This document shows, piece by piece, positions 9,971 through 22,407 of a stretch of DNA of 64,000 nucleotides; the stretch's first letter is position 1; each line of letters starts with the position of its first letter. Source of the DNA: Eledone cirrhosa. Lineage: Eukaryota. The stretch lies in assembly GCA_964016885.1 (NCBI GenBank), contig OZ024751.1, positions 2,108,001-2,172,000 on the forward strand, written 5' to 3'. The notes below the pieces were generated by a model, which was given only the letters and a program-made list of their open reading frames with translations, had not been told where the DNA came from and did not search any database. The translations under genes and the position numbers were made by a program.

Positions 9971-11409
9971 ATGTGTGTGTGTGTGTGTGTGTATATATGA
10001 GTGTGTGTTTGTGCGTGTGTTTGGGTGTGAAGGAATGTGTGTGTATACGTGTGAGATTGTAGACAGCTGACCATTTCGTCAGAGCTACCAATGAATAACC
10101 ATTTTTAGCTTAAATGACCCTTAAAAATCATTCCCTTTCTTTTAAATCCATCAATGACCTCCACCCATCCAAATAACCACCCTCTCCTACCACCAGAAAA
10201 GGTTTGTGCAATTTATGTTTACAAGCCGAAATTCCCTCAGATTTTTTGTTTAAGATGCGGTCATTTGTGTAGAGTATTTTCACGGCCTCAGCGGCGCAGA
10301 GGTCACATGGTCTTTTATTTCCGTTATACGATCTAGCTTTAGCTAGGATCTCCCAGTGTAACTTATATTGAGTGTGGTTGTCTTTTAGACTCCAGATATA
10401 AGCTGAAAGTTACGTCATATTCCTTCTTAAAGGGTTAAGGAAAGAATGGGTATGCATTTGCACAAAACATTCCTGTATTACAGTACCACAATATACCCTA
10501 ACGGATAGTACGAACTATACGCGGATATTTTACGTCTTGATGAGGTAGCTAAGTATATGTTATATTTATACCATTACTTATTTGTATAGGTAAATATATA
10601 TTACCTGTATGGTTTGTGAAAGTACGTATACTTTCTAGTACGTATATTTGCTTGTATATGTTATAGGCGTATATATTATATTATATATACTGGTACAAGA
10701 GCATATGGTTATGTGTATACGTGAGTTTTGCGTCTGTGTGAGTATGCGGGTTCGTAGGTTTGTAGGGTGTGTGTATATGTGAACTTTGTGTTTTGGTTGA
10801 CGTACGTCTGCAAACATATGTGTATTTATATGTAGGTATGTGTGTGCGCGCGTTATATACATATTTATGTGTGTATATTTACATATGTTTATATAATTAT
10901 ACGTAAACACGCACACACACACACATATATATATTTTTTATATATATTTTTAAGTGTTTTGGTGTATAGGTTCGTATGTGTGCGGGTACAGGCGTTGCGT
11001 GGGTTTTGTATGTGCGTGCGTGTTTTTTTGTGTACGGGCTTGTATTTGCATACCATGGCGAGTGTTTTCGCGTATGCATGTGTATGTACGTATATGTATG
11101 CGTGCATGTATATATTTAATTTCTATTACCTCTATAATTTATTTACATTATTCTTAACTCTGAAGCCGAGAATCGTTCGGTTTCCTAATAGAATTTTAGT
11201 CTACGACTTCATTTGTACCATAAATGTGGTTTTGTCTTTGCGTGTAATTGTTCTCACCGCTCCAAATAATGACGTATTATCTTCGTTTTTTTCCGTTCTT
11301 TGCCAGGGAACGTTTCCACGAACCAAAGTATCGTCTTCCTGTCTTCCTTTGGTTGCATCGTTTTTCGAAATATTTACTTCTGCGTTCACAGGTTGTTTTT
11401 TTTGTTTTT

Positions 11410-11458
11410 GTTTCAGAAGATCCCGTTAAGGGTGAAAGCAGCGATTCTTTGCTTAAGC
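11410..11458 (+). ncRNA. Degenerate hammerhead (core U4>A)
   Basis: gttt CAGAAGA t ccc gttaa ggg t GAAA gca-gcgattctt-tgc TT aagc; AATAAA at ~11475. Confidence 0.55.
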
Positions 11459-11806
11459 TTTAATCTGTAATTTTAATAAACATTTGGTCTACGGTTCTTA
11501 TATATTTGACATATATTTCTCTTTATGGAGCCCTCTTTGGATTTTAGTCTTCAAATTTATTATTATTACTATATATATATAAACAATTAAGTTAAAAAAA
11601 TTACATCTACATATGCATACTGAAATACTAGTGTGTATATGAATACACACACGTATACATATGTATATGTAACAAGTCTTTCACTGGTTGCTTTACTGTG
11701 AGCACCCAGCTATTCTGTATGTAAACACACAGACAAACCGGTTTTTAGAGTCATACTGGTTTTTGAGGGAACACCTTCCCTCTATTCTCCAGAAAGCCAG
11801 ACAAGG

Positions 11807-11851
11807 AATATTGAACTAGTTTCGTTGTTGTTACAACTCATCAGCAATATT
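11807..11851 (-). ncRNA. Hammerhead ribozyme (inverted copy of 467-bp unit)
   Basis: Reverse complement of aatattg CTGATGA gttgt aaca acaac GAAA ctag TT caatatt. Confidence 0.9.
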
Positions 11852-12355
11852 TACCTATCTACCGGCCTTTCTGGAGAATTGTAAAAGCACATATCGTTAT
11901 ATGCTTTTTCTATGAAAATTAGTAGTGGGCAGACTAATTTGCATAGAGTGTGAGTACGCACCGGTTCAGCGGAGACGATAAAAACAAATGACGAAACGAA
12001 ATTAAATTTCGTTTCGTTTGTAACTCACTTTTGTATGACTGACGCTTAAACAATTAAATGAATACACACACGTGTATATGAATACACGTGTGTGTATTCA
12101 TATACACACTAGTATTTCAGTATGCATATGTAGATGTAATTTTTTTAACTTAATTGTTTAAGCGTCAGTCATACAAAAGTGAGTTACAAACGAAACGAAA
12201 TTTAATTTCGTTTCGTCATTTGTTTTTATCGTCTCCGCTGAACCGGTGCGTACTCACACTCTATGCAAATTAGTCTGCCCACTACTAATTTTCATAGAAA
12301 AAGCATATAACGATATGTGCTTTTACAATTCTCCAGAAAGGCCGGTAGATAGGTA

Positions 12356-12400
12356 AATATTGCTGATGAGTTGTACCAACAACGAAACTAGTTCAATATT
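12356..12400 (+). ncRNA. Hammerhead ribozyme (467-bp unit, copy 1)
   Basis: aatattg CTGATGA gttgt acca acaac GAAA ctag TT caatatt: 7-bp stem I, 5-bp stem II, palindromic stem III. Confidence 0.92.
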
Positions 12401-12822
12401 CCTTGTCTGGCTTTCTGGTGAATAGAGGGAAGGTGTTCCCTCAAAAACCAGTATGACTCTAAAAACCGGTTTGTCTGTGTGTTTACATACAGAATAGCTG
12501 GGTGCTCACAGTAAAGCAACCAGTGAAAGACTTGTTACATATACATATGTATACGTGTGTGTATTCATATACACACTAGTATTTCAGTATGGACATGTAG
12601 ATGTAATTTTTTTAACTTAATTGTTTAAGCGTCAGTCATACAAAAGTGAGTTACAAACGAAACGAAATTTAATTTCGTTTCGTCATTTGTTTTTATCGTC
12701 TCCGCTGAACCGGTGCGTACTCACACTCTATGCAAATTAGTCTGCCCACTACTAATTTTCATAGAAAAAGCATATAACGATATGTGCTTTTACAATTCTC
12801 CAGAAAGGCCGGTAGATAGGTA

Positions 12823-12867
12823 AATATTGCTGATGAGTTGTACCAACAACGAAACTAGTTCAATATT
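12823..12867 (+). ncRNA. Hammerhead ribozyme (467-bp unit, copy 2)
   Basis: Same motif as 12356-12400. Confidence 0.92.
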
Positions 12868-13289
12868 CCTTGTCTGGCTTTCTGGTGAATAGAGGGAAGG
12901 TGTTCCCTCAAAAACCAGTATGACTCTAAAAACCGGTTTGTCTGTGTGTTTACATACAGAATAGCTGGGTGATCACAGTAAAGCAACCAGTGAAAGACCT
13001 GTTACATATACATATGTATACGTGTGTGTATTCATATACACACTAGTATTTCAGTATGCATATGTAGATGTAATTTGTTTAACTTAATTGTTTAAGCGTC
13101 AGTCATACAAAAGTGAGTTACAAACGAAACGAAATTTAATTTCGTTTCGTCATTTGTTTTTATCGTCTCCGCTGAACCGGTGCGTACTCACACTCTATGC
13201 AAATTAGTCTGCCCACTACTAATTTTCATAGAAAAAGCATATAACGATATGTGCTTTTACAATTCTCCAGAAAGGCCGGTAGATAGGTA

Positions 13290-13334
13290 AATATTGCTGA
13301 TGAGTTGTAACAACAACGAAACTAGTTCAATATT
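13290..13334 (+). ncRNA. Hammerhead ribozyme (467-bp unit, copy 3)
   Basis: Same motif, with loop II aaca. Confidence 0.92.
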
Positions 13335-13623
13335 CCTTGTCTGGCTTTCTGGAGAATAGAGGGAAGGTGTTCCCTCAAAAACTAGTATGACTCTAAAAAC
13401 CGGTTTGGCTGTGTGTTTACATACAGAATAGCTGGGTGCTCACAGTAAAGCAACCAGTGAAAGACTTGTTACATATACATATGTATACGTGTGTGTATTC
13501 ATATACACACTAGTATTTCAGTATGCATATGTAGATGTAATTTTTTTAACTTAATTGTTTAAGCGTCAGTCATACAAAAGTGAGTTACAAACGAAACGAA
13601 ATTTAATTTCGTTTCGTGATTTG

Positions 13624-13660
<37 letters not shown>

Positions 13661-14123
13661 TGTAAATAATACATGTATTATATTTTTATTTTTATTTTTA
13701 TTTTTATTCTTATTACTTTTATTTATATATAAACTCTTAAAAAGTGTTAGTTTGTGCTTGTATTGATGGAAATGTGTATTGATATATATGTATATATGTG
13801 TACATATGTATATATATATATATATATATGTATATTGGGCCTTTTAATATTATTATTATTATCATTATCAATTATATTATATTATATTATATTATATTAT
13901 ATATAGTATAATAATTCCCGCTCTATATCACCACCTTTGTTTAACTTTAGTTTTTGCATTGTACTATATTTGTAATATGGTTCAAAATGTTATTCACTTC
14001 CTTAGCAATTTTTACTTGATAATTTTTACTCGATAATTTTCCTATGCTTTAATGTATGTACACTCCATATTCTTCTGAAGTTTTGGCTTGTATTGGCAGA
14101 TAGTGCTTCTTATAGCTTTAATT

Positions 14124-14161
14124 GCCCTGATGAGTCCTTAATAGGACGAAACATTGTTGGC
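14124..14161 (+). ncRNA. Minimal hammerhead ribozyme in a pLTR-like segment (~13900-14310)
   Basis: gcc CTGATGA gtcct taat aggac GAAA cattg TT ggc, then AATAAA 14163-14168. Confidence 0.88.
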
Positions 14162-14308
14162 TAATAAAGACTTTTGATGTATTGAAGGCTTCTTTGGTTT
14201 ATTTTCATAATTCTTCGGCTCTGTTTAATTACATTGAGCTATACCTTTACTGTCATTTCTATAATACGAAGAGGGTATTTAACTCCAACACACTCTAGTA
14301 TTTTAATT

Positions 14309-14463
<155 letters not shown>

Positions 14464-14672
14464 TTATATATATATTGCTATATTTGGGGAAGGTCACATT
14501 GTTATAATATTGCCAGAAATAATAATAAAACACACTCACTGTTTGGTTTGGGTTGGTTTTCGCTTCTGTATCCTTTATATCTCCATAGTTAATTTATGTG
14601 GCAATCAATGTTTATCATTGATTGACCAACAGTTAAAAATACATATGTAAATATATATATATATATACAGTC

Positions 14673-14716
14673 TATCAAAGTTCTTTCGCCACACATCTGT
14701 GACATCATCAGTGGTA
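14673..14716 (-). ncRNA. Degenerate minimal hammerhead
   Basis: The minus strand reads tacca CTGATGA t gtcaca gatg tgtggc GAAA gaac TT tgata, with one stem I mismatch. Confidence 0.55.
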
Positions 14717-14893
14717 CTATTATGTTTTCTCTCGTTGTATTGTAATGGCTATGCTATTTTTATTTTATTTATTTATTTTTGTCTCTCTCTCTCTCTGTTT
14801 GTGCATGCGTTTGCGTATGTGTTTTCTGTTTGGAGTGTGTGTTCGTGTATGAGTCTATGTGTTTATGTATGTATATATTTATATATATATATA

Positions 14894-14992
<99 letters not shown>

Positions 14993-15024
14993 ATGTATGT
15001 ACTTATATGTATATATATATGTAT

Positions 15025-15113
<89 letters not shown>

Positions 15114-15289
15114 ATGAAAGAATGAAGAATAACACAGATAAGGTATACAGTAGGGTCCATTCCAAGTGTTAACATATCTTTCATTGACTTGTATGTGGTT
15201 GGATGCGTCTTACAATTGCTATTTGCAATGATGTTGTGACACTCGATTTTAGATACTGTTTATACCAGCCAAATTATCAAAATACTGAT

Positions 15290-15660
15290 TTTGGATCCGG
15301 CAAGATGTGGTAAGACAGAATCAAAAGCGATAAAAAAAAAGATAGCCAAACTTTCACAGTGAAAACAACTTCACTTGCAACTCAGAGAACCTGATCTACG
15401 TAACACATGCGTGGTTGTCGACATAACTACATAGGACAGACGGGTGTGTCATTACGCAAAAGAATAACCATCCATCGACAACAAATCCGAGATGTAAATA
15501 CAAGAAAAATCCCCTTAAGTAGCCACATTTTAGATTGTGCAGAAATGACCCTACCCAACTTTAAAATCTTCTCTCTTTACAAAGAGCTCCAATTCTGTCA
15601 CACAACAAAGAATAAATAAAGAAAAACCATTTATCAACAGATTTAAACCAAAATTGAATA
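15290..15660 (+). pseudogene. PLE GIY-YIG endonuclease fragment
   Basis: FTCNSENLIYV / CRHNYIGQTGVSLRKRITIHRQQI ... KEKPFINRFKPKLN across a frameshift and a stop. Confidence 0.8.
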
Positions 15661-16169
15661 TATAACCCCCCTATACTCTATATACACAAGATTCTATTTT
15701 TCTAGTCTTTCTCAACATGAAAGATGAAAAAAACTTGCTTCAAAACTTTAAATTAAAAATTTTTAATTTTTAAATCTTAGTAATTCTTTTTAATTGTAAT
15801 TCTCAACATTTGATAAGATGGATTTTACTAATACAAAGAAACCGGTTATACTTTTTACATACATTATAAAACTCTTTTTTAAAAGAATTGTCCTTCTCAT
15901 TTTTTCAATAATGAGCCTTTGACGAATCAAAGAAGGAAAAAAAAAGAAAAACAGATCCTTAAATATATTTTCCGTGCTATTTCCAATTTCAACTTCTCTC
16001 TCTCTCTCTCTCTCTCTAATATATATATATATGCGCGCGCGCGTGTGTGTGCATGTGTGTGTGCGTGTGTGCCTGTATATATGCATACGTATGCATATAC
16101 ATATGTACGTTTGTTTTCTTATTTCTGTTTACCTTTTACACACACACACACACACATACACACACACAT

Positions 16170-16219
<50 letters not shown>

Positions 16220-16579
16220 TGATTCCCTCTCGCCGTAACAACAGTAACAACTACATCCGCATTACCTCAGCTGTATCAAAAACAGTGACGCCAACAACAA
16301 CAACACCACTAACCAGAACACTAACAACAACACTAACATCAACAATCATATCATCATCATCTCTGGAGAAGTTTTCTACCGAGATATTTACTGCCAATCT
16401 CCATCTATCGATCGCCATCTTGTGTGATGTTACGCCAAAGTCTTACAGACAACATTAATGGTATAACTTCCGGCTGAACCCGCAGCTTTTGGCTCCGTTC
16501 TATTCGGTTACTTATGGCAGTGACTGTTTGTCTTTCTGTCTAGCCGTTACGGTTTTTCCAGAAAATAATGCTTTCTGAT

Positions 16580-16770
16580 TTAGGCCAAAAGGCCAACAAT
16601 TTTGGGGAGGGAAATCGATTAAATCGACTCCAGTGCATTACTGGTGCTTTATTTTAATCACTCTGTAAGTAAAGCTAACCTATGTGAAATTTGAACTCAG
16701 AGCATAAAGGGCTGTAACTCTATGCCGCAAATCATGTTGTCCGATACCCTAACGATATTGCCAATCCACC
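16580..16770 (-). mobile_element. tRNA-derived SINE (Nin/Deu-like central domain), degenerate
   Basis: The minus strand reads ctgagttcaaatt...aataaagcaccagtaatgcactggagtcgatttaatcga...ttggcctt. The same motif recurs at ~20890-20970, 21000-21080, 27375-27460 and 28553-28615. Confidence 0.6.
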
Positions 16771-16817
16771 AAATTAATCTAAACAGATTTTGCTTGTCTC
16801 CTTTGCATATCACCGCA

Positions 16818-16950
16818 CGCATGCGGTGTGGTTATGAAGTTCTCTTCGCAACTACATAGTTCCGAGTTCCACGCCGTTAAGTGGTGAGTTGAGCAAATGC
16901 CTTTATCTGTAAATTCGGATTGACAAAGGTCTTGACAAAAATTTGGTACG
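16818..16950 (+). mobile_element. Degenerate tRNA-derived CORE-like SINE
   Basis: A-box-like ggtgtggtta, B-box-like gagttccacgcc, then ttgagcaaatgcctt. Confidence 0.4.
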
Positions 16951-17149
16951 ACCATTTTTCGATATTAACTTAATTCGTAAGTCACTTTAATATGACCACT
17001 TTATTATGACCATTTCCCTTCACGCGTGCGGCCCATAATTTGTTTGCGAAATCGAGAATGCAGATCAGCGATTGTTTTTCGGTGTTTTCCTCATGTTTTG
17101 TTTACGAATTAAAACAATCAACGGCATTATTTACAACTACAACCTCCAA

Positions 17150-17335
17150 GGTTAGAAATACCAAAGGCCTCACTATCACTGAATATCTATCCTGGGGATT
17201 AAACATCTCCAGTATAGCCAAAGACTACATCACAAAAACTGGCTTTTTTCTTCAGGATCAGAAAACCATCCAATCCCTAACAATTATTAACCTTCAACAA
17301 ATTTCAAGTGAGAGCCACGATGGAAGAATAGTGCT
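17150..17335 (+). pseudogene. LINE RT C-terminal fragment (CR1/L2/Jockey-like)
   Basis: KGLTITEYLSWGLNISSIAK / SQKLAFFFRIRK...QLLTFNKFQVRATME resembles the LG.....LSW..HI...K.LGFL.R region. Confidence 0.5.
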
Positions 17336-17479
17336 TTAAAACCCGAGTGGTATTACCACACATATACACGTACATAGACGCGCACATACAGACGCACACG
17401 TGCACAGGTGCGCAAATGCACTGATACACACGTGCACACACACAAACACACATACACACACCAAGAAAGATCATGTGAC

Positions 17480-18545
17480 TGTTTATCTCACTTCTCACCC
17501 CACCCTCATATCTAAGGGTCAGGGATCATGGACTTATAGACCAGCACTCTCCATCATTTCCTGTCTCTTACCATTGCCGTACATTCCTCCAAACTCCTTC
17601 TTGTTCATTCCTTAATATCATCCGTCCATCTCCTTTTCTGCCGTCCCCTTTTCTCCTGTATTCGTCCTTCAAGGATGTGGGTAGTTAAATTTTGGGCCCT
17701 GATGACATTGACCAAAATACTGAAGTTTCCTTTTCCTTACTGTTTCAACCAACCGTAGATTGTTACCAATCTCTTCCAATACAGATTTGTTCTATGAGCT
17801 GTCCAGCTAATTCCAAGTGCACACCTATAGCATGACATTTCAAATGTACTCAGTTGTTTCAAGTCAGATGCCTTTAAAGTCCATGATTTACAACCATATA
17901 GAGCTACTGGCCACACTAATATTTTGATTACTTTCTTTTTGCTGGACTTTGTAAGAACTCTAACCTTCCAAACGCTGCAGTTGCTAGTCTCGCCCTTATA
18001 TCCCAGCTCCCCTCTGTCGTCTGCTCAAGTATTGGACCAAGGTATTTGAACTTCTCGACTTGTTCAAGCGTAGCATCTTGGCACCGGATAGTCATTTCTT
18101 CCTTCTGTCTAGATTATTTTTGTCGTTTTGATGTTGATCTCCAGACTATATTCCCTTGAAATTCTGTAAACTATATTCAGTAGTGTTTGTAGATTTACTG
18201 GTGAGTTTGCTATGAGCACTATGTCGTCAGCATACCGTAGGTTGTTGATCTCCTTCTCACAGTAACCCCGATCTAGGAGAGCATATCTACTGACTTTCTC
18301 ATCACCTCCTGAGAGTAAAGATTTAATGCAAAAGGTGACACCAGGCATCCCTGTCGAACTCCTCTGTTTATAGTGAACCATTCTTTGAGCTCATTGAGTT
18401 TATAGTGAACCATTCACTCTCACTGCAACTTGTTCGTAATACAGATTCTTTAATAATTTCACCATTGTGCCGTTCACTCCCATCTTCTCCAATAAGTTCC
18501 AAAGCTTTGAATGTAATATAGAGTCAAATGCCCTTTTTTCCTGAC
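17480..18545 (-). pseudogene. Decayed RTE-clade LINE
   Basis: AFDSILHSKLWNLLEKMG, INNLRYADDIVLIANS, LEINIKTTKI and EKFKYLG on the minus strand. Confidence 0.8.
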
Positions 18546-18924
18546 CACCAAACATATCTCAACATCAAACATCATTGACGTGACTTCTCATTTTGTCTTT
18601 TCTACTGTTACTACTACTACTTCTTGGCTGGTCTCATGTCACACCTGTTCTGGCACTCTCAACACCATCACCATTCCTCCCCTGAACGTATTGTGTCTAC
18701 AGCTCCTGCGCTTAACACTTTGCCCTGTCCTTTCTCCTCAGAACGCCCGACCTTAGCATTCCCACACTGTCAATGTTTATTTTCCTCCACCTATCAACAT
18801 GTATCGTTAACAGAGGCGATCTCAGTAGCTTGAGAGATCCTACGATGTTGTCTAGATAAAATCATTAAAATGATAGCATAGAGGTGAATTGTTATTCACA
18901 TTAATAGCACTAACCTCCTCTACA

Positions 18925-19165
18925 CCACTTTTCTCCATTGCCACACGTCACTCTTCGTCGCCACACTTGGCTCTCTATCACCAAACTTCGCTCTATCGCC
19001 ACATTTCACTCTCCGTCACTCTTCATTGCTTCGATATACATTGCTTTTCATCGCTCTCCATTACCGCACGCCACACTCTATCGCCACACTTCGCTCTCAG
19101 TCGCCACACTATGCTCTCTATTGCCAAACTTTGCTCATCGTCGCTGTACATCGTACTTCTTCGCT
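18925..19165. repeat. Degenerate ~21-bp minisatellite (tcgccacacttcgctctcca-like)
   Basis: Recurrent gccacac/ctctc motifs at ~20-21-bp spacing. Confidence 0.65.
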
Positions 19166-19359
19166 TCTGTTCGCAGACTGACGTCACTAACGATGACCTT
19201 GCTTATTTCAAGGTCAAGCTGTACTTTCTCCAGTGCAGCGGCCAGCTATGTCGCTGGGTGATAATTTATCGGATTAACTGAGCCGTGTCAGCTATTAAAC
19301 AAGGATCAACCAACGCTGTTTCCTCATTAATTAATTACTCATCAATCAGCCTAGTCCAT

Positions 19360-19715
19360 TCACCACCGTACACTACCACCACCACAACCACCACTAAAAT
19401 ACCACCACTAGACCACCACCACCTCTAACATATCACCACAACACCACCACCACTACTAACATACCAACGCACCACCAATACACAACCATCGCCACTGACA
19501 TATCACCACTACACCACCACCACTATCACCACTAGACCACCACCAGCACACGGCCATCATCTCCACCGCTATCATACCAACACCACCACCTCAAACATAC
19601 AACTACCACTAACATATCACCACTAACATACCAACAACACACTACCATCATCGTCACCGCTATCACTTCACAACCACCGCCACCACCTCCAATATCTTTT
19701 CACTCCCACCGCTAC
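19360..19715. repeat. (ACC)n-like low-complexity tract
   Basis: Direct reading. Confidence 0.85.
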
Positions 19716-19821
19716 TACATCTTACTCTCATTCACAAATATTTCACCAATGGAATGGTAGCAAAACTGAACTGTCGGTAATGTGTGTATGTATGATGTAT
19801 ATTCACACACACGTACGCACA

Positions 19822-19879
<58 letters not shown>

Positions 19880-20103
19880 TAAATACACACACGCACACAC
19901 ATATATATATATACATATAGATATATAGATATAAACATATATATATATATATATGATAATAATGGAGCTGCGGCGCTGCAAATGGGTTACATATGAAAAA
20001 GTTTGTCCTCATCAGTGGCCTTCCAACCGTCGTAGGCATTTCGTCGCATTAAAGGCCATATACCTCAGGTATATATATGTATATACATTCTATATATATA
20101 TGC

Positions 20104-20153
<50 letters not shown>

Positions 20154-20739
20154 CATTATATATATACACACATATATGTATAATATATATATATATATAC
20201 ATTATATATATATATATATACATAAATATATAAATATATATATGAATAGCTATCCACTCCATAACATGAAAAATATCCGGCAACTCTTCGCACCCTCTAC
20301 GGAACTACCTTAGGAACTTACCCACGGACATAGACTCACAATCTTTTTTCGAACCACGCCACCTACATCAACACCATGTATAAACACCAACACACACGTG
20401 CGTACCCCCACATATATACACTCAGATATATAACAGCCGTACTAAGAGTGAGAAATGAAATTCCGTTTCATTTTTTCCGTTTATATATATATATTAATCA
20501 GTATAGAACCATTCTAAAACTAGTTAGACCATTACTCAACAGAGTACTCGATAGTTGGGATAGTAGAGTATAACTATATTATAAAGAGTAGGGGGTGGAC
20601 GGCTGAGCTCTTGCCGTTTCAAAAGCTAGTTCCAGTCTATATATGCATCTCTATATATATAAATTTGTATGTTTCTGTCTATGTATGCTGATTTTCTCAT
20701 ATGTATGTGTTTGTGTATACACACACACACGCGCACACA

Positions 20740-20778
<39 letters not shown>

Positions 20779-20816
20779 ACACACAAACACCCTCCACACA
20801 TATATATACATATATA

Positions 20817-20848
<32 letters not shown>

Positions 20849-21129
20849 CCTGTTATTTATTATATATCGGTCATACATTATATTATTATCATCCTTACGA
20901 GGTCGATAAAATAAAGTACCAGTAATGCACTGGGATAATTGATGGCCTTGTGCCAAAAGTAGAAACAATTATTATATATTGGTATATATAATATATATAA
21001 AGTACCAGCCAAGTACTGGGGTAGAGTAAATCAACTTTGCCACCCCCACAACTTACTGACGTTCTGCCCAAACTAGAAATCATATATGTGTGTGCGTATG
21101 TGAGTGTGTGATTTCAAATTAGGCAGAAA

Positions 21130-21640
21130 GTACGTGTGTTAGTGTGTCTGCGTGAGTATGTGTGTGGGGGCGCGAGTGTGTGCGTGAGTGTTTGTGTGTG
21201 AGTGTGTGTCTGTGAGTGCGTGAGAGTGTGTGACAGCGTGCGTGAGTCTGAATGTATCTGTGAGTGTGTGTATCTGTAAGTGAGTGTATGTGTGTGTGTG
21301 TGACTGTATGTGTGTCAGAATAGTTTTTACAGTATTTCCATAAATCCTATATCTGTCATATCTTATTTCCTGGAAGGTCTTATTATAGCTGTGTTCCCCC
21401 ATTTCTTTCTCCCTCCCTATCTCTGTTTCTCTCTCTCTCCCATCCTCCCCCTCTCTCTCTTTCACCCCCCTCTCTCTCTTTTCCCTTCTTTCTATCTCTC
21501 TTTCCCCTCCTTTCTCTCTGTATGTTTTTCTTTCTCTTCCCTTTCTCTCTCTTTCTTTTTTCTCGACCTCTTTCTCTCTTTCTTTTGTCTCCCCCTCTCT
21601 CTCTTTCTTTTTTTCTCTCTCTTCCCCTCTATCTCTTTGT
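21130..21640. repeat. (GT)-rich then (CT)-rich low-complexity tracts
   Basis: Direct reading. Confidence 0.85.
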
Positions 21641-22173
21641 GAAATAAATCTTATTTATTTATAGGAAATATCTTAATTCCTCCGCAATAAATTATATATT
21701 ACTGTAAGCTATTCAGAAATTTCCAGGGGAAAAAAAATATTTTCGAATCGTCATATGTTAAATTCAGCAGAACCGCCTCCATTACAGCAATCGTTTGAGA
21801 GCATCCCGAACAGGAATAACAGCAGAAAATATAGTGAGGGATTTTGATCTACTGGAACGATGGTAGAACAGCCTTGTCACACATTGTGACAACGTTAAAT
21901 CGTCTTGAGAATTACGCTAAGGATACACGTGGCTGTGGAATGCTCAGCCACTTGTACGTTCATTTCATTAGTAGTCTGTTCCGTTGATCGAACAAGGCCA
22001 ACATCCATCATCGAAACAGACGGAGGGTCATTTCGGGGCCGAAAGGTTTAACTGTCACGTGGCGTCACATCTAACCCTTTTGTTAGCGGATTGGATCTCC
22101 ACCAGTTTTAACGATGAGCATTCTACAATTAAAAATGCGAAGGATTTTGTTGAACTGGAACGGTATCTGAGAA

Positions 22174-22266
22174 CACATATCTGAGGAGATTCCGATTCCA
22201 GTGTCAGGAACCAACATAATCGATCGTTCCCCGAGCTGATCGGCAGTGAAACATATGTAATATGTG
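22174..22266 (+). ncRNA. Hammerhead ribozyme with enlarged stem II
   Basis: Stem I cacatat/atatgtg; CTGAGGA 22181-22187; stem II ccgat/atcgg with inner ggaac/gttcc; GAAA 22248-22251; palindromic catatg; GUA site; ATTAAA at 22267. Confidence 0.75.
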
Positions 22267-22407
22267 ATTAAATATGTATATGATGCAACTCTGAATCTTT
22301 GTTCCCTAATTATTATTATCGGTACTCTGCTCTCCAATACCATCGAGTGCTCATCTTGGTATACCACCTATGAACACAATCCAATTGCACCTTTACTAAT
22401 ACTACTA

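Larger units (their letters stand above)
11580..13629. mobile_element. 467-bp hammerhead-containing tandem array (about 3.3 forward copies plus one inverted copy), retrozyme-like
   Basis: cgtgtgtgtattcatatacacactagt recurs at 12087, 12554, 13021 and 13488. 11580-12057 is an inverted copy. No ORF; (TA)n flanks. Confidence 0.93.

Noticed and set aside
10535-10640. ttgatgag...gaaagtacgtatactt as a hammerhead
   Set aside because: C3 is missing and there is no stem I complementarity.
19955-20065. Twister or HDV-like ribozyme reading of the conserved motif
   Set aside because: I could not build the required pseudoknot pairings by eye on either strand.
21850-22030. Possible SINE 3' tail
   Set aside because: The resemblance is from memory only, with no second copy or diagnostic motif in this window.
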